From contig NW_026782199.1 in NCBI RefSeq assembly GCF_031769215.1, forward strand, positions 1,426,001 to 1,490,000: a DNA stretch of 64,000 nt, written 5' to 3'. The position numbers and the translations under genes were made by a program. The notes below the pieces were generated by a model. It was not told where the DNA came from and searched no databases. It saw nothing but the letters and a program-made list of their open reading frames with translations. Below, in pieces: positions 14,801-27,100 of this stretch. The stretch comes from Ylistrum balloti (lineage: Eukaryota). Each line of letters opens with the position of its first letter. Position 1 is the stretch's first letter.

Positions 14801-15300
14801 TTCCTTCTCTGCTAGCCTATTCCTAAATGCCAAAAACCATAATATTAAGTTTCTCTCCATTCTCTGTCTTCTAGTTCTGTTAGAACCTGTTGTGTACCAG
14901 TACATGGGGTTGTGTGCTGGATCACCATGGATGTGTCGGATGAGTGGGCAAGCTCTTCTATAGTCGTCTACCTGACAGTACTTTTATCACATTTCTTCTG
15001 AAAGTTCATCCTCCATTTGTTGGATCCTAATTTCATATCTTTCCATTATTTCATTACATTTCTGTTCAACTTGGAGTTCATGGAGGAATTTTTTTCCACC
15101 ATGACATTACATGGCACTCAAAACCACACTGAATCTGAACAGGACAGGATCCTGTACTCCATGTCAACTTTATGGAGACCTTTTGTGCCATATTGCTAAT
15201 GGCATCTCTTGTACGTGTATTCCAACATTTCTACATACTGATATTAAAATATCTTGCAGCACAAATCCATGCTTCCTCACTCCATGGTGTTGTATAGGAT
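11900..15300 (-). mobile_element. Decayed, near-full-length CR1-type LINE (ORF1 remnant, AP endonuclease and RT)
   Basis: Minus-strand frameshifted remnants: ORF1-like ELEDRE..NIMVFG and EEAKRK..GEGIYSMRGSP (about 15300-14420); APE-like QHTKENT..IEYECPFGITDHLVLSFKF (about 13900-13750); RT ALKEPADVLSKSL, PVSLTG, KQFGFILGRSTT, HRCLIHKFHKYGI, HQRVVINYSSS, GSVLWPIIFVIY; C-terminal LSYE..PTLKYRRMREDLITAYK and RRNYFTFRVVDVCNNLP (ORF 11961-12146). Confidence 0.88.
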
Positions 15301-16090
15301 CTGTCAGAGGCTTTATATCTTTCTAAATAATTGAAATTAAAATTTTTTAAAAAATGTATATACCAGTATATTTACCAGAGAAGAGTGTGGTTATTGATAT
15401 TTAACTTAGTACTAGAACAAGGAATATCTTCTTTGTTGAGTACCTATTTTTACATAATCTGAAACATGACAATTGTGGTTTTTCCTATTCTTTTGTTATA
15501 ACTTTTTAATGCTTTTGCTTTTAACTCTTGTAAGAACATGACAAGGGATAGATTTCTACTTTACCCTTGTTTCTCTAAATTAAATTGTAAGTGAAAACTG
15601 CTAATCTTATTTTGGGATTCAGGTACTAGTATATCTAATTAAGTTTTATTTTTCATTTTCTCCAAAGTAAAACTGCTTCCTGAATCTAAACAAGACAATA
15701 AAGGTTAATCTCCACACATTAACATACAATTCTTTGCTGTATGGTCTTATTAATTCCATGTTTCTCTTTAAAATCTATTAACATGCTCCATATACCTGAC
15801 AATACATAAAAATCTTTTAATGTAATGTGTACATTGGTTTGGCTGTCACAATAAATACAGTAGAGTTGCTGCTGTAAAATAACTGCACAATATTTTCAAA
15901 TTCACATTATTTTTCTGTTGAGTAATGAAAATAAAATGAAGTAATGAATATGTTTGTATGAAGTAAACTGCCTTCAAGTTCAATGCTGCAAATAGACATA
16001 GAAAATAATAAAAGTCTTATTTTTCGATTTTATTCTGTCCACTCAAATATTCAGGATGGCACACTGGGTAATCACTTTGACATACTTCAG

Positions 16091-16870
16091 TGAGAGATGT
16101 ATCATCACACTGTATACAATCACCTGGTGAGGGGTGTATCATTACACTGTATACAATCACCTGGTGAGGGGTGTATCATTACACTGTATACAATCACCTG
16201 GTGAGTGGTGTATCATTACACTGTATACAATCACCTGGTGAGTGGTGTATCATTACACTGTATACAATCACCTGTTGAGGGGTGTATCATTACACTGTAT
16301 ACAATCACCTGGTTAGGGGTGTGTCATTACACTGTATACAATCACCTGGTGAGGGGTGTATCGTTACACTGTATACAATCACCTGGTGAGGGGTGTATCA
16401 TTACACTGTATACAATCACCTGGTGAGGGGTGTGTCATTACACTGTATACAATCACCTGGTGAGGGGTGTGTCATTACACTGTATACAATCACCTGGTGA
16501 GAGATGTATCATTACAGTGTATACAATCACCTGGTGAGGGGTGTATCATTACACAGTATACACTCACCTGGTGAGGGGTGTATCATTACACTGTATACAC
16601 TCACCTGTTGAACAGTGTATTATTACACTGTATACAATCACCTGGTGAGGGGTGTATCATTACACTGTATACAATCACTTGGTGAGGGGTTTATCATTAC
16701 ACTGTATACAATCACCTGGTGAGGGGTGTATCATTACACTGTATACAATCACTTGGTGAGGGGTGTATCATTACACTGTATACAATCACCTGTTGAATGG
16801 TGTGTTATTACTCTGTATACAATTACCTATATGATGTGTAATTATTTACACTGTATACACATGGTGAGAG
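16091..16870. repeat. 37-bp minisatellite (about 21 copies) just downstream of the TTC33 stop codon
   Basis: Unit TGAGGGGTGTATCATTACACTGTATACAATCACCTGG at 16128, 16165 and onward; the ORFs here repeat every 37 aa, as expected for a 37-nt period. Confidence 0.97.
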
Positions 16871-17049
16871 ATGCATCGTTTAACTATATACATCACTTTT
16901 TTGAACAGGACATGTACAAGTCATTCTATTGCTATGGAGCATTATTCAATACTTAAAGATTTTTAATCAGTATAATTTAGATAACAAATGTATATAACTA
17001 TGCATGATCTCTAATTAGATAAACACATACTGATAATTCAAGGAAAAGT

Positions 17050-19237
17050 TCATAAATCTCTCATATGAACATAATTTTTAGGCAATGATTTGGGATTGGA
17101 ATTTGATTGATCATTGGAAGCTTTTGTTTTCAGTTTTGCTGTTCCTGTATGGGTGAACATTTTCTTATGTGAATTCAAAGGCTTTGAAGTTGACACATTT
17201 TCCTCATTTTCAATATCTTCATTGTCAGAATATTCTTTAATCACAACACTAGATTCTGATTCTTTCTGAGCCATTAAGGTTTTCACAGAGTCTGTATGCT
17301 TCTTCCATAACTCAGCAGCCCACCACAAATCATCCTTCCAGAGTTCTGGGTTTGCTGGATTTAAATGAACAGCACGAGAAAAACTTTTTAAAGCCTGAAA
17401 AGAAATGATCACTGACTGAAATTTCATATAACTTACATACTTTGGTGATTATGAAATTATTCGTAATTATGTGTTTTGCTCATACTGCTTTGTCCCTCAT
17501 ATTTAGTACACTTAAGTTTCAATGAAATACTTCTGAAGACACTATACAAGTGAAACAAAAACAACAGCACATCATATTGTGTGTTAGTTATATCATATCT
17601 ATAACAAATGAAGGGAGATATACAATACCTCAACATGTATTACTGGTATGTTCATAAAATTTTCCTTTTTCTTTCTTTTGCTGTATTTTCATTTTTTTCA
17701 GTTTTAGAGAAACATTCTGTTGAAGATATGGTTTTCAAATAGATGAAAATTACCTTAATACTGATTCCAAAATATTTGAATCAACAAGTTTGTAATTAAA
17801 TGACAGCCATTAAGCTGTAGCTGTACAAGATACAACAATTGGATCAACTTGGTTGAATCAAGAGATACCAAGTTTGTGTGTGACTGTGAATAATAATGTC
17901 TAAAGAGGTATCAAACCCTTACCATTCTGACCTCGCCCAAGCCCAAGCATGCTCTGCCTAAGGTCTGATGAGCCACCCACCATGTTGGCTTCAATTCAAC
18001 AGCTCTTTCACCCATATGTACAGCTGGGTATACTTCACACAGGATTAGCAACACCTTTAAAATACAATATTGATAACAAATTGTTGGATGAAGTAACATT
18101 GTTTATACGAACAGCATGCCTTTTGAAGCGAATAAATGAAATACATGTTTTCATGAAACAAATATCTGTGCAGAGAACATAATAATATGTACGTTGATTA
18201 CCTGTGATTTCATTTCATACAATGTTTCATCTGTTGGATTCAGTTTAATGGCTTCATCCCATTTTCTTACTGCCTCCCAATATCTGAAACATATTTGGGA
18301 GAAATATGTGGGTCAGGTTGATTTACAGGTTTAAAAGTAAAAAATGACAACATATACCTTTTAGTATAAGTTAAAAGGAGATAAAATTCAAAACAACAAA
18401 ATAAGACCACAACAGCATGCACACTCACAAATGGAATTAAATATTCAGTCTGTACACCTGAGCAAGGCGACTGAGCATCAGACCATTGCTTCAGTTAAAA
18501 AAAATAGCGAAGAAATTACATTGATAATCAGGTACAGATTTTGGCTTGCTGGGGCAATAACCTGCTGTCAAATTAATATATATATTATGTTGATACCAAT
18601 TTTGTCATTGGCATAATTACAAATATGGCGAAAATATTCAATCTGACCTTTAATGAATGTTGATTCAGAACAATATTTATCAATACTCTTACATTTATAA
18701 TCTTTCAAATGCTAAAATTTGCATATCTTCATACCAACACTAAATCTTGTAAATTGAACAAAATCACACTGAAAACATGGGTTTATAAGCGTATAACTAA
18801 AATAAAGACTATTTTGTTCAAATTCAAGTCATTGAATTTTACTAAAAGAACATGGCAGTCACATAAAAAAGTAACATTTGTAAATGTTGTGTATTGTAGG
18901 TTTAAAGTCTATAACTTAAAGTTATAAAATTTAAGACTTAAAACATTTTACTAACTTTTCAGAACTTGACAAGAATAACTGCACACATGATTTCAATTGA
19001 TGATCATATAAAACCACACCTCTCAGAATCTGCTAAGACTGTTCCTTCCTGCTTCAATCTGTTGCTTTTTGCAAAGGAATCTTCTAAGCAGATTATTTTC
19101 TTTTGTGGAACTAATGTAAGCCAGTCCACATCTACGTCTTCAGGGTTAACTTCATCTTTTGCATCTTTTTCAAAGGCTACAGACGCTTTTCTAGCAACCT
19201 TTTCCCCAGCTTTTCGCTTCCAACCAAATGCAGTCAT
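17050..19237 (-). CDS. TTC33: Tetratricopeptide repeat protein 33 (258 aa, 4 coding exons)
   Basis: Exons 19237-19020 (MTAFGWKRKAGEKV..LKQEGTVLADSER), 18283-18202 (YWEAVRKWDEAIKLNPTDETLYEMKSQ), 18054-17923 (VLLILCEVYPAVHMGERAV..HQTLGRACLGLGEVRM), 17394-17050 (ALKSFSRAVHLNPANPELWKDDLWWA..*). All junctions are GT-AG with matching phases, total 777 nt. The N-terminus matches vertebrate TTC33 (MASFGWKRKIGEKV). Confidence 0.95.
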
Positions 19238-20288
19238 TTTCTGAAATAATACACAAAATTTCTTAAATATATCATGAATAACAGATCTTTCAAATGGCAA
19301 GGACAATGGATGTGCATTAGCATGCCATAAAATGTAAAAATTCTGAGTAAAAAGCAGTAAAATAGGTTGGGAATAACACAGCATATGTGTAATATTCCTG
19401 CATTTGAGGATGGTTCAGTTAGTTACTCAAGTGCAGCATCATTTTGAATCGGAAACACAATTAATTCATATTTTTAACATTTCCCAATAGCCAATGAGAC
19501 AATGAATTTAATAGTATACAAAACATCCATTTTTATTATCCAACTTTGTGTCAAAATGACAATTAATACCACTGGTTTCGTTCTACTGTTGACTACAATG
19601 TATTGGCAATTGGAGTATTCAAACTTAGTGTCAATGTCGTCAGTTTACCTGTTTACCTATCTTAACCACACAGTATAAGCAGTTGATAACCAATAGGAGT
19701 TATAAAGTTTGATTTTTTTCAAAAACAAAAAGGGAGAGAGACAATAATTCACTTTTTGTGTGTAAACTTGTACAAATTGTTGCTTTGATAACTGGGCAAT
19801 GTAAAAAAATATATAACCTTTTTTGTTGTAAATGTTTAAAACTGCTTCTTGTGTTTTATTTCAACATGACAATGTATTTCAGCAACTCCAAACTATCCCT
19901 TAATTGCAGCTAGCACCAATCTGTAAAAAGGGCCAATAACTGTTTATAGCAGTGCATTTTAAATCCTTTGTCTTACACCAGCGCATATTTAGATACTTTA
20001 ACATATCCATGTAACTGCATTCAGATGATGTAATATAAATGTGTGCTTGTTTCTATATCACTGTCATGAGACTTTATCAACTGATAACTGCCACGGCACT
20101 GGCATTGACTGAGTAACTGACAAATTGACTACCAAACAAGGCAACACCGACCGTCGGCGTCGTAAAAAACTGTTGAGATATTCGATGTCCCTAATGCAAA
20201 ACAAAATACAAAAAATGGTTATCAATTAACAATCCTAAGGCGTGCAAGACATTTTTTCTGTGTGTATTAATCAGAAGAATTACAATAC

Positions 20289-20478
20289 CTATATTTTTCT
20301 AGTTCATCTTCGCGTATTTTTGTCAGTCGGAAGCCATGACAGTTCATCTCATATGTGTAACTGATTGTCATTGGCTAATTGGTGTAACAGCGTTTTCTAT
20401 TGGTTCGCAATTAGATGAGCCTCGTTTTCGATCTGGCACTAATTTCAAAGTTGACAAGTCGCACCAGCTGATTAACAG
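20289..20478. promoter_or_regulatory. Probable bidirectional promoter shared by TTC33 and PIF1
   Basis: Locally CpG-rich. ATTGG (reverse CCAAT) at 20370, 20378 and 20399; ETS-like CGGAAG 20328-20333; inverse CHR TTCAAA 20444-20449. Candidate non-coding first-exon donors are CAG|GTGACT at 20478/20479 (PIF1) and a minus-strand TAG|GTATTG near 20289 (TTC33). Both ATG exons have acceptors just upstream (21101; 19241). Confidence 0.6.
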
Positions 20479-20820
20479 GTGACTGATTGATATATTGATT
20501 GATTGAAGCGTTTACTGTGTCACAATCTAAGAGTTTGTGTTACTACTGTATAAAATTAGGTCTGTTTCTAATTCATCATTGCCAGGTCACCAGTAGCGTT
20601 ATTTTCTTTCCGCTGATGAAAAAGAACTATGAGAATGTAAACATCAGGCAGCAATACATTTCCAATCGTATAGTTTCAAGATGACTTATGGCATAACTTG
20701 GGGTATTAACTTCTATATAATAGTAATTCTCTCTCATACGATGATAACAACACAATTTACTGCTATTACAAAAGGTATTTTCCCTTCTCTATGTCTCTAT
20801 TTATACGCATGTAGACCAAT

Positions 20821-20915
20821 GTACTAGTTTCGTCTGTCCACTCATAGTTATTCGTGTGAGTCGTCTGTCCACTCATAGTTTTTCGTATGAGTGTCTTGAC
20901 AGACGAGACTGGTAC
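20821..20915. other. 95-bp palindromic mini-element (18-bp terminal inverted repeats, internal 31-bp duplication)
   Basis: GTACTAGTTTCGTCTGTC (20821-20838) vs GACAGACGAGACTGGTAC (20898-20915), 16/18 complementary; two internal hairpins. Confidence 0.7.
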
Positions 20916-21111
20916 CTGTGACGAAGACTCTCTTATACGGCTGTTTCAGACACTGCCGAATACAAATTTACCGATAGCACACAAATATACCTTTTCGTTT
21001 GTAACGAGCCCTTTTAAACAAAATGAAGTGTTTTGTAGGTTCCCAATCATAAATATTCTTTAGCTGCTAACATAATGTAATTTTCTTTCTTTCCCCTCTA
21101 GATAAACAGAA

Positions 21112-24100
21112 ATGGAGTTAAACACGCTTGTGTGTACAGTATGGATGGAAGTCATTGGATCAGCTGGTGATGTACAGAAGCGCACGCAGCATAAAAACAT
21201 GACTCTCACTCTTGGCAGGAATGAGTTTAGAGATGTTGTACTGAAAATTGACTTTGCCAAAAGAGACATGAAATTTGCTTTGAAAGAATTAACAATTCAC
21301 AAAAAGTTTGTAAAAGATGGAAAAGCAACCATCAAAATTCCTGACAGGAATATTCAATTTTTGTTATCAAATTGTCCTCCAGATAAACTCATCATGTTTC
21401 TAAAGACCATGCACACTAAACTTGAATGTCACAAACAAAAACCTCCAGTTCATGATCGGAAGCGTTTGTTGTCAGATTTACCAAGAACCTTTGAGGACAT
21501 AAGCCCTCTTACTCTGAAAGATCTTCAGACAGTTCACGAAATGAGAGCCAAAAAGCTTGAAAATAAACTGGATGTGTTCACACCAAAGGGTAAAGGGAAA
21601 CGAAAGAGAGAAAATGAGGAGAAAGAAAACGTTCCACCTCAGGGTGTTAAAATGGCTCGCAAGCTCATGTCTAGCTGTAGTCCTTTTAAACCTGTGTTGA
21701 ACCCAGTGAAGCTGAACAAGGGACAAACTTCTGTACTGGATGCTGTTGTCAGTAGGAAAAATGTTTTCTTTACAGGTAGTGCAGGCACAGGCAAATCCTT
21801 CCTATTGCGGAGAATTATTGGTAAATATAAACATCCAAAATATGGTTCATTTTGGTCACTCTGCATTTGCTGGCATTTTAGGCAATATGATAATTGGTCA
21901 TCCTTTGTATCATTTACTGACAAATGTTCACCTATACAGGTACAGTTCAGTACATAATGGATTGTGTTGCTTATACACCTGTATTAATTAACTAATGTCA
22001 TATTTTCCCTATATGATAACAATTTACAGTGTCATTTGGTAGAATGTATAGATGTGATTGTACACTTAGCAGTAAATCACTTTAAAAGTCTCTTTTTTGA
22101 ACAGGTGCCTTGCCACCCCAACATACTTATGCAACAGCAAGCACAGGAGTAGCCGCCTGTCACATAGGGGGGATAACTCTACATTCTTTTGCTGGTAAGA
22201 AGTTTTAAAATGTAACCATTCTTGCTAAGTGAGTATAGCAATGCCACCTCATGTTCCTAATAATATTCTAATGCTTTAAAGATAACCAACAAGATTGTCA
22301 AACAAGTATATGAAATAACATTTTGAGGAAACAAAGTTTCACAAGTTGCATGTGATGCTTGATATACTTCCCAAATTGTTTCAGTTAAAAAAAATTGTTT
22401 ATAATTGATTAAGTGAGTGTCGGATATATTTATTATAAATTTTGTTCTTGACATTTTAATGCATTCCAGTTGTGGCATATGTTTTATGAATGTACTCTGA
22501 TCATGCAGCCCAGATAGATGATGGGGAGGGGGATTCTTCTATGCCAAAGCTTTCACTGTCAGATAAGGATATTAAACCCCAGCCATCTATATGAAATGGA
22601 AACACAGCACATATTTCTAGTCCACCCTCAAACTACCCCCCATTTATGTACCGAACATCCTTCATTTCCTTGACAGGTATAGGTTCAGGTCGAGCAGATC
22701 TTCAGCAGTGTGTAGAGCTGGCTTCACGACCACTTGTTATACAGCAGTGGAAGAAATGTCATCATCTCATCATTGATGAAATCTCCATGGTGGATGGTGA
22801 CTTCTTTGATAAATTGGAAACAGTAGCAAGGTTTGTTTAATGTTGTGGTGGAATAGTAATGTGTTCCCAGTGAAAGTCTGAATGTTGGACATTGTAATAT
22901 AAAATACTAACTGCCATAAGGGATAACACTTAATGCTGTGGACTTTGACAGTTGCTATAATATTATCAGCTATATAAATATTGATCAGCAACAGTATCTT
23001 TTGGGGACCTAGCAGGTTTAAAGAGGTTACTTTTAATATCCTTATTTAGAATAATACTAAGAAAGCCTTTTCCTTAGCTTTCTAACAATAAAATTCCTAA
23101 TTATAAGCATTAATAGTTCATCTGCAATACTCCTGGGGGTTACAATCACACCTGCACTCCTAGAACATTTCATGGCAAAATTGAAGGCAAAAGCAAACTA
23201 ACTCCACGATACACTCCTTCGAAGATTTCAAAGGAGAAACACCCAGCTTCAAAGTCAGTACAACATACTCTTATGGGGCTTGAGGTTCGTTTGATATACA
23301 TCAAAGGATCAAACAAGTTTTCTCATTATTTCTGCAATGTGTCGCACACAGAGCCTTCAATTTTGCCATGAAATGTTCCAGGTGTGCAGAGATAAAAGTG
23401 ATCATAACCAATGAAGTATTCTAAGATGTTGATAGCTTTACTACTTTTTAATATCAAGTGTTTTGCAATGTTAATAGTTGGCATAAAATTTGTGTTTCTC
23501 TGTTACCAAACAATACTTACGATTCTATTAATCCTGTATTAAGAAATAACTATTTGAGGTGTCTTGATCCAGACATCAAGCTTTCTCCATACTGTATTTC
23601 CTCAAATTTAACTTGTTATGATATAACATATTTTTAATAAGATATTTTGAGCTACATGAAAAGTCCTGAATTTTGTTTTTCTAGAGAATTATGGTAAAGG
23701 CTATGGAAAAGAATTTTAATACAATTGTTTATAAATTTGGGGCAACATCTGCATTTTGAAGAGTATTATATATAGATGTTGTTAAAAATAACAAAAAGAA
23801 GAAAACCCGTGGGAAAGAGTTTTTTTTCTGTGACATTTACATATTTCAAAAAGAAAACAAGACTATGCAAATGGATTTGACAATAAAGAGTGTTGTCCTT
23901 TTGATTGTTGATTAAAGCACAAATGAATGCCTCAAGCGTGATCATGACATCAAGCAATTCTAAATATTCATCTAATACTTTGACAGAGTAGTTAAACAGA
24001 ATGATCTCCCCTTTGGAGGAATCCAGCTGATTCTTTGTGGGGATTTCCTACAGTTACCACCAGTAACCAAAGGCACTGATAAAAGGAAATTTTGCTTCCA

Positions 24101-27100
24101 GGTAAATTTTTATGTAAAGTTTTAGCCTTGTTGGCTTTATTCCAATTGTCTTCAGTCTGTGGTCAGTTGGCCATCCATCTGTCTTTTTAACAAATCTTGT
24201 TATTATGATTTGTTGAAAAGTCATGGATAGTTCTTTCTCAAATATTTTATTTCATAATCTCCTTAGTCCTGGTAGAGGTATAGCAAAACTTCACTACACG
24301 ACTGAAATACTGATTTTACTTCATGTATCTCCCTATCAAAGTGACTACAAGGACATGTGATAAAGAAATATTCCATACCTTTAGATATAATTGACCTAAC
24401 AAAAGGAATGAAAAATACTTTTAGAATTGAATTTACAATCACATAAAATTATAGGCAAAGTCTTGGCCAAAATGTGTCCAGTTGAACATGGAGCTGACAG
24501 AGGTGAAACGACAATCAGATAGCAACTTCATCAACGTCTTACAGAACGTCAGACTCGGCAGGTCAGTCTTGATGTATTGTGAGGAATTTAATTATTCTCC
24601 TTTACAGTTAATCGTTATTTTGAGTAAACACACATGTCTATAGTACCAAGATATATTAACAAAAGTAGGCATTTCAGCATAAATGTAAGAGACAAACTTG
24701 GCTATTTGGTATACAAAAGAAATGCTGGCATGTACTAATTGAGTAGGCATTTTCACATAAATAGGAACGATAGAATAAAGAAATTAAGTATGTGTTCTAA
24801 AACATATAGAATAGACATACTGTTCTATATATCATACAGTAAGAATGGGAGATATATTATACAATATATATGTTCTAGAACATCAGAGAAAAGGTATAAA
24901 TCAAACTACCTATCTTTGCTCCAGTGTACACATTGCTACTATCTGAAAAAGAAATTTCTAGTAGCTGGAAAGACAATCTATAACTTTTACATACACACCT
25001 GATGTGATTTACCATCAGTTCATTAGCTACATAGGTTATATATAGTGCTTGAGAACATTTGTTTATATTAACTGACAAGTATTTCTTATACAGATGTCCT
25101 GACTTTGTTGAAACAACACTTCGAGCAACATCCAAACATAATATTCAGAAAAATGGTATCTTAGCAACGCGACTTTGTACACACAAAGAGGATGTGGATG
25201 AGATCAACAAGTACCAGATGGGAAAGCTCAATGGTATAGTTTGTTTGGTCATTGATTTTTGGGGTATAGATCTCCTAAGCTTGAAATAGTCACACCATTT
25301 GTTAAAACTAATGAAAAATAGTTACATCGCCATGACTTCTTAATCTGTTCTAATGTCACATTGGTTAGGTTTTGTGTTTAGCTCTGTCACTATACTGCTC
25401 TGCTAATCAGCTATGAAGTTATTTTAGAAAATAATTCTTTGTCCACTATGCAGTATCACAAGAGAAAAATATTAAGATCAGCATCAAAATAAGAATAAAT
25501 ATGATGATTTGGATTTATTTTCAGCTACACCTAAAGTATTCATATCAACAGACAATGATACTGCCTACTCTAAACAAATAGATGGCCTTTGTCCTGTCCC
25601 ACACAAACTGGAGCTTAAAGTGGGTGCACAGGTAAATCACTCCTTCAGGATTATATATCAATGACAAGAAGGGTCATCATGTGTCCATATAACCATCCAC
25701 TAACTTTCCTTGTCCATGCTCTCCTCTATATCTGTCCATTAACTTTCCTTGTTCTAAGTCTCCTATATATCCATCCACTAACTTTCCTTATCCATGATCT
25801 CCCTCATATCTGCCACTAACTTTCCTTGCCCATGCTCTCCCTCATATCTGCCACTAACTTTCCTTGTCCATGCTCTCCCTCATATCTGCCACTTGTTCAT
25901 GCTTTCCTTAATATTTGCCCACTAAATTTCCTTATCCATGCTCTCATTTTATTTGTCCTCTAACTTTCCTTATCTATGCTCTTATTTATTTGTCCACTAA
26001 CTTTATTTATCCAAGCTCTCCTCTATATCTGTCCACTAACTTTCCTTATCCATGCTCTCCTCTATATCTGTCCACTAACTTTCCTTATCCATGCTCTCCT
26101 CTATATTTGTCCACTAACTTTCCTTATCCATGCTCTCCTCTATATCTGTCCACTAACTTTCCTTGTCCATGCTTTCCTTAATATTTATCCACTAACTTTC
26201 CTTATCCATGCTCTCATTTTATTTGTCCTCTGATTTTCCTTGTCTATGCTTTCCTTTATATTTTTCCTTTAATTTTCCTTATCCATGCTCTCATTTTATT
26301 TGTCCTCTGATTTTCCATGTCTATGCTTTCCTTTATATTTTTCCTCTAATTTTCCTTGTCCATGCTTTCCTTTATATTTTTCCTCTAATTTTCCTTGTCT
26401 ATGCTTTCCTTTATATTTTTCCTCTAATTTTCCTTGTCTATGCTTTCCTTTATATTTTTCCTCTAATTTTCCTTGTCTATGCTTTCCTTTATATTTTTCC
26501 TCTAATTTTCCTTGTCTATGCTTTCCTTTATATTTTTCCTCTAATTTTCCTTGTCTATGCTTTCCTTTATATTTTCCACACACTTTCCTTTTCCTTGCTC
26601 TACTTTAGTGTATATTGTATCCGTGGTAATGAAATAAGCTACACTACTTAACTACCTTCACTTTACCACACCCTTCTGATTGATGTCCTGTGTCTTAATT
26701 TATTTTCAATTGATGATTTTGTGAAAGAAATCATTATCAGTACCTTAGCATCTTAGTAGGATAGTGCACATAATATCAATCTGTGGTAACTGATGTCAAA
26801 CCCAACCGGTGTTGATACAGATATTCTTTCACATTTCTAATCATCTTTTTGTGTTGTGTTTGTGCTATGTATTATTGAATTAAAACACACTTTTCAAACT
26901 GAGATAAATTTTTACCACACCAATAATATCGCTTTTGACAAAGATTTCATTGTGACATTTCAAGAAAAGGTGGTTATAATCAAATAAAAACACTGGGTTT
27001 CTGGTTTAAGAATGATATGTGTATAATCAGTTAAAATCACAAGGTCAATGATCACTGTTAAATTATCTTTCCTTGAACTGTTACGTTATGTTATGAACTT

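Noticed and set aside
21821-21957. Tail of ORF 21112-21957 as coding sequence
   Set aside because: It is read-through into the intron after the donor at 21821; homology resumes at 22105.
25915-26651. Repetitive ORFs, including the Lys-rich [13 protein letters not shown] repeat
   Set aside because: They are translations of the 39-bp intronic minisatellite, open only because the unit length is a multiple of three.
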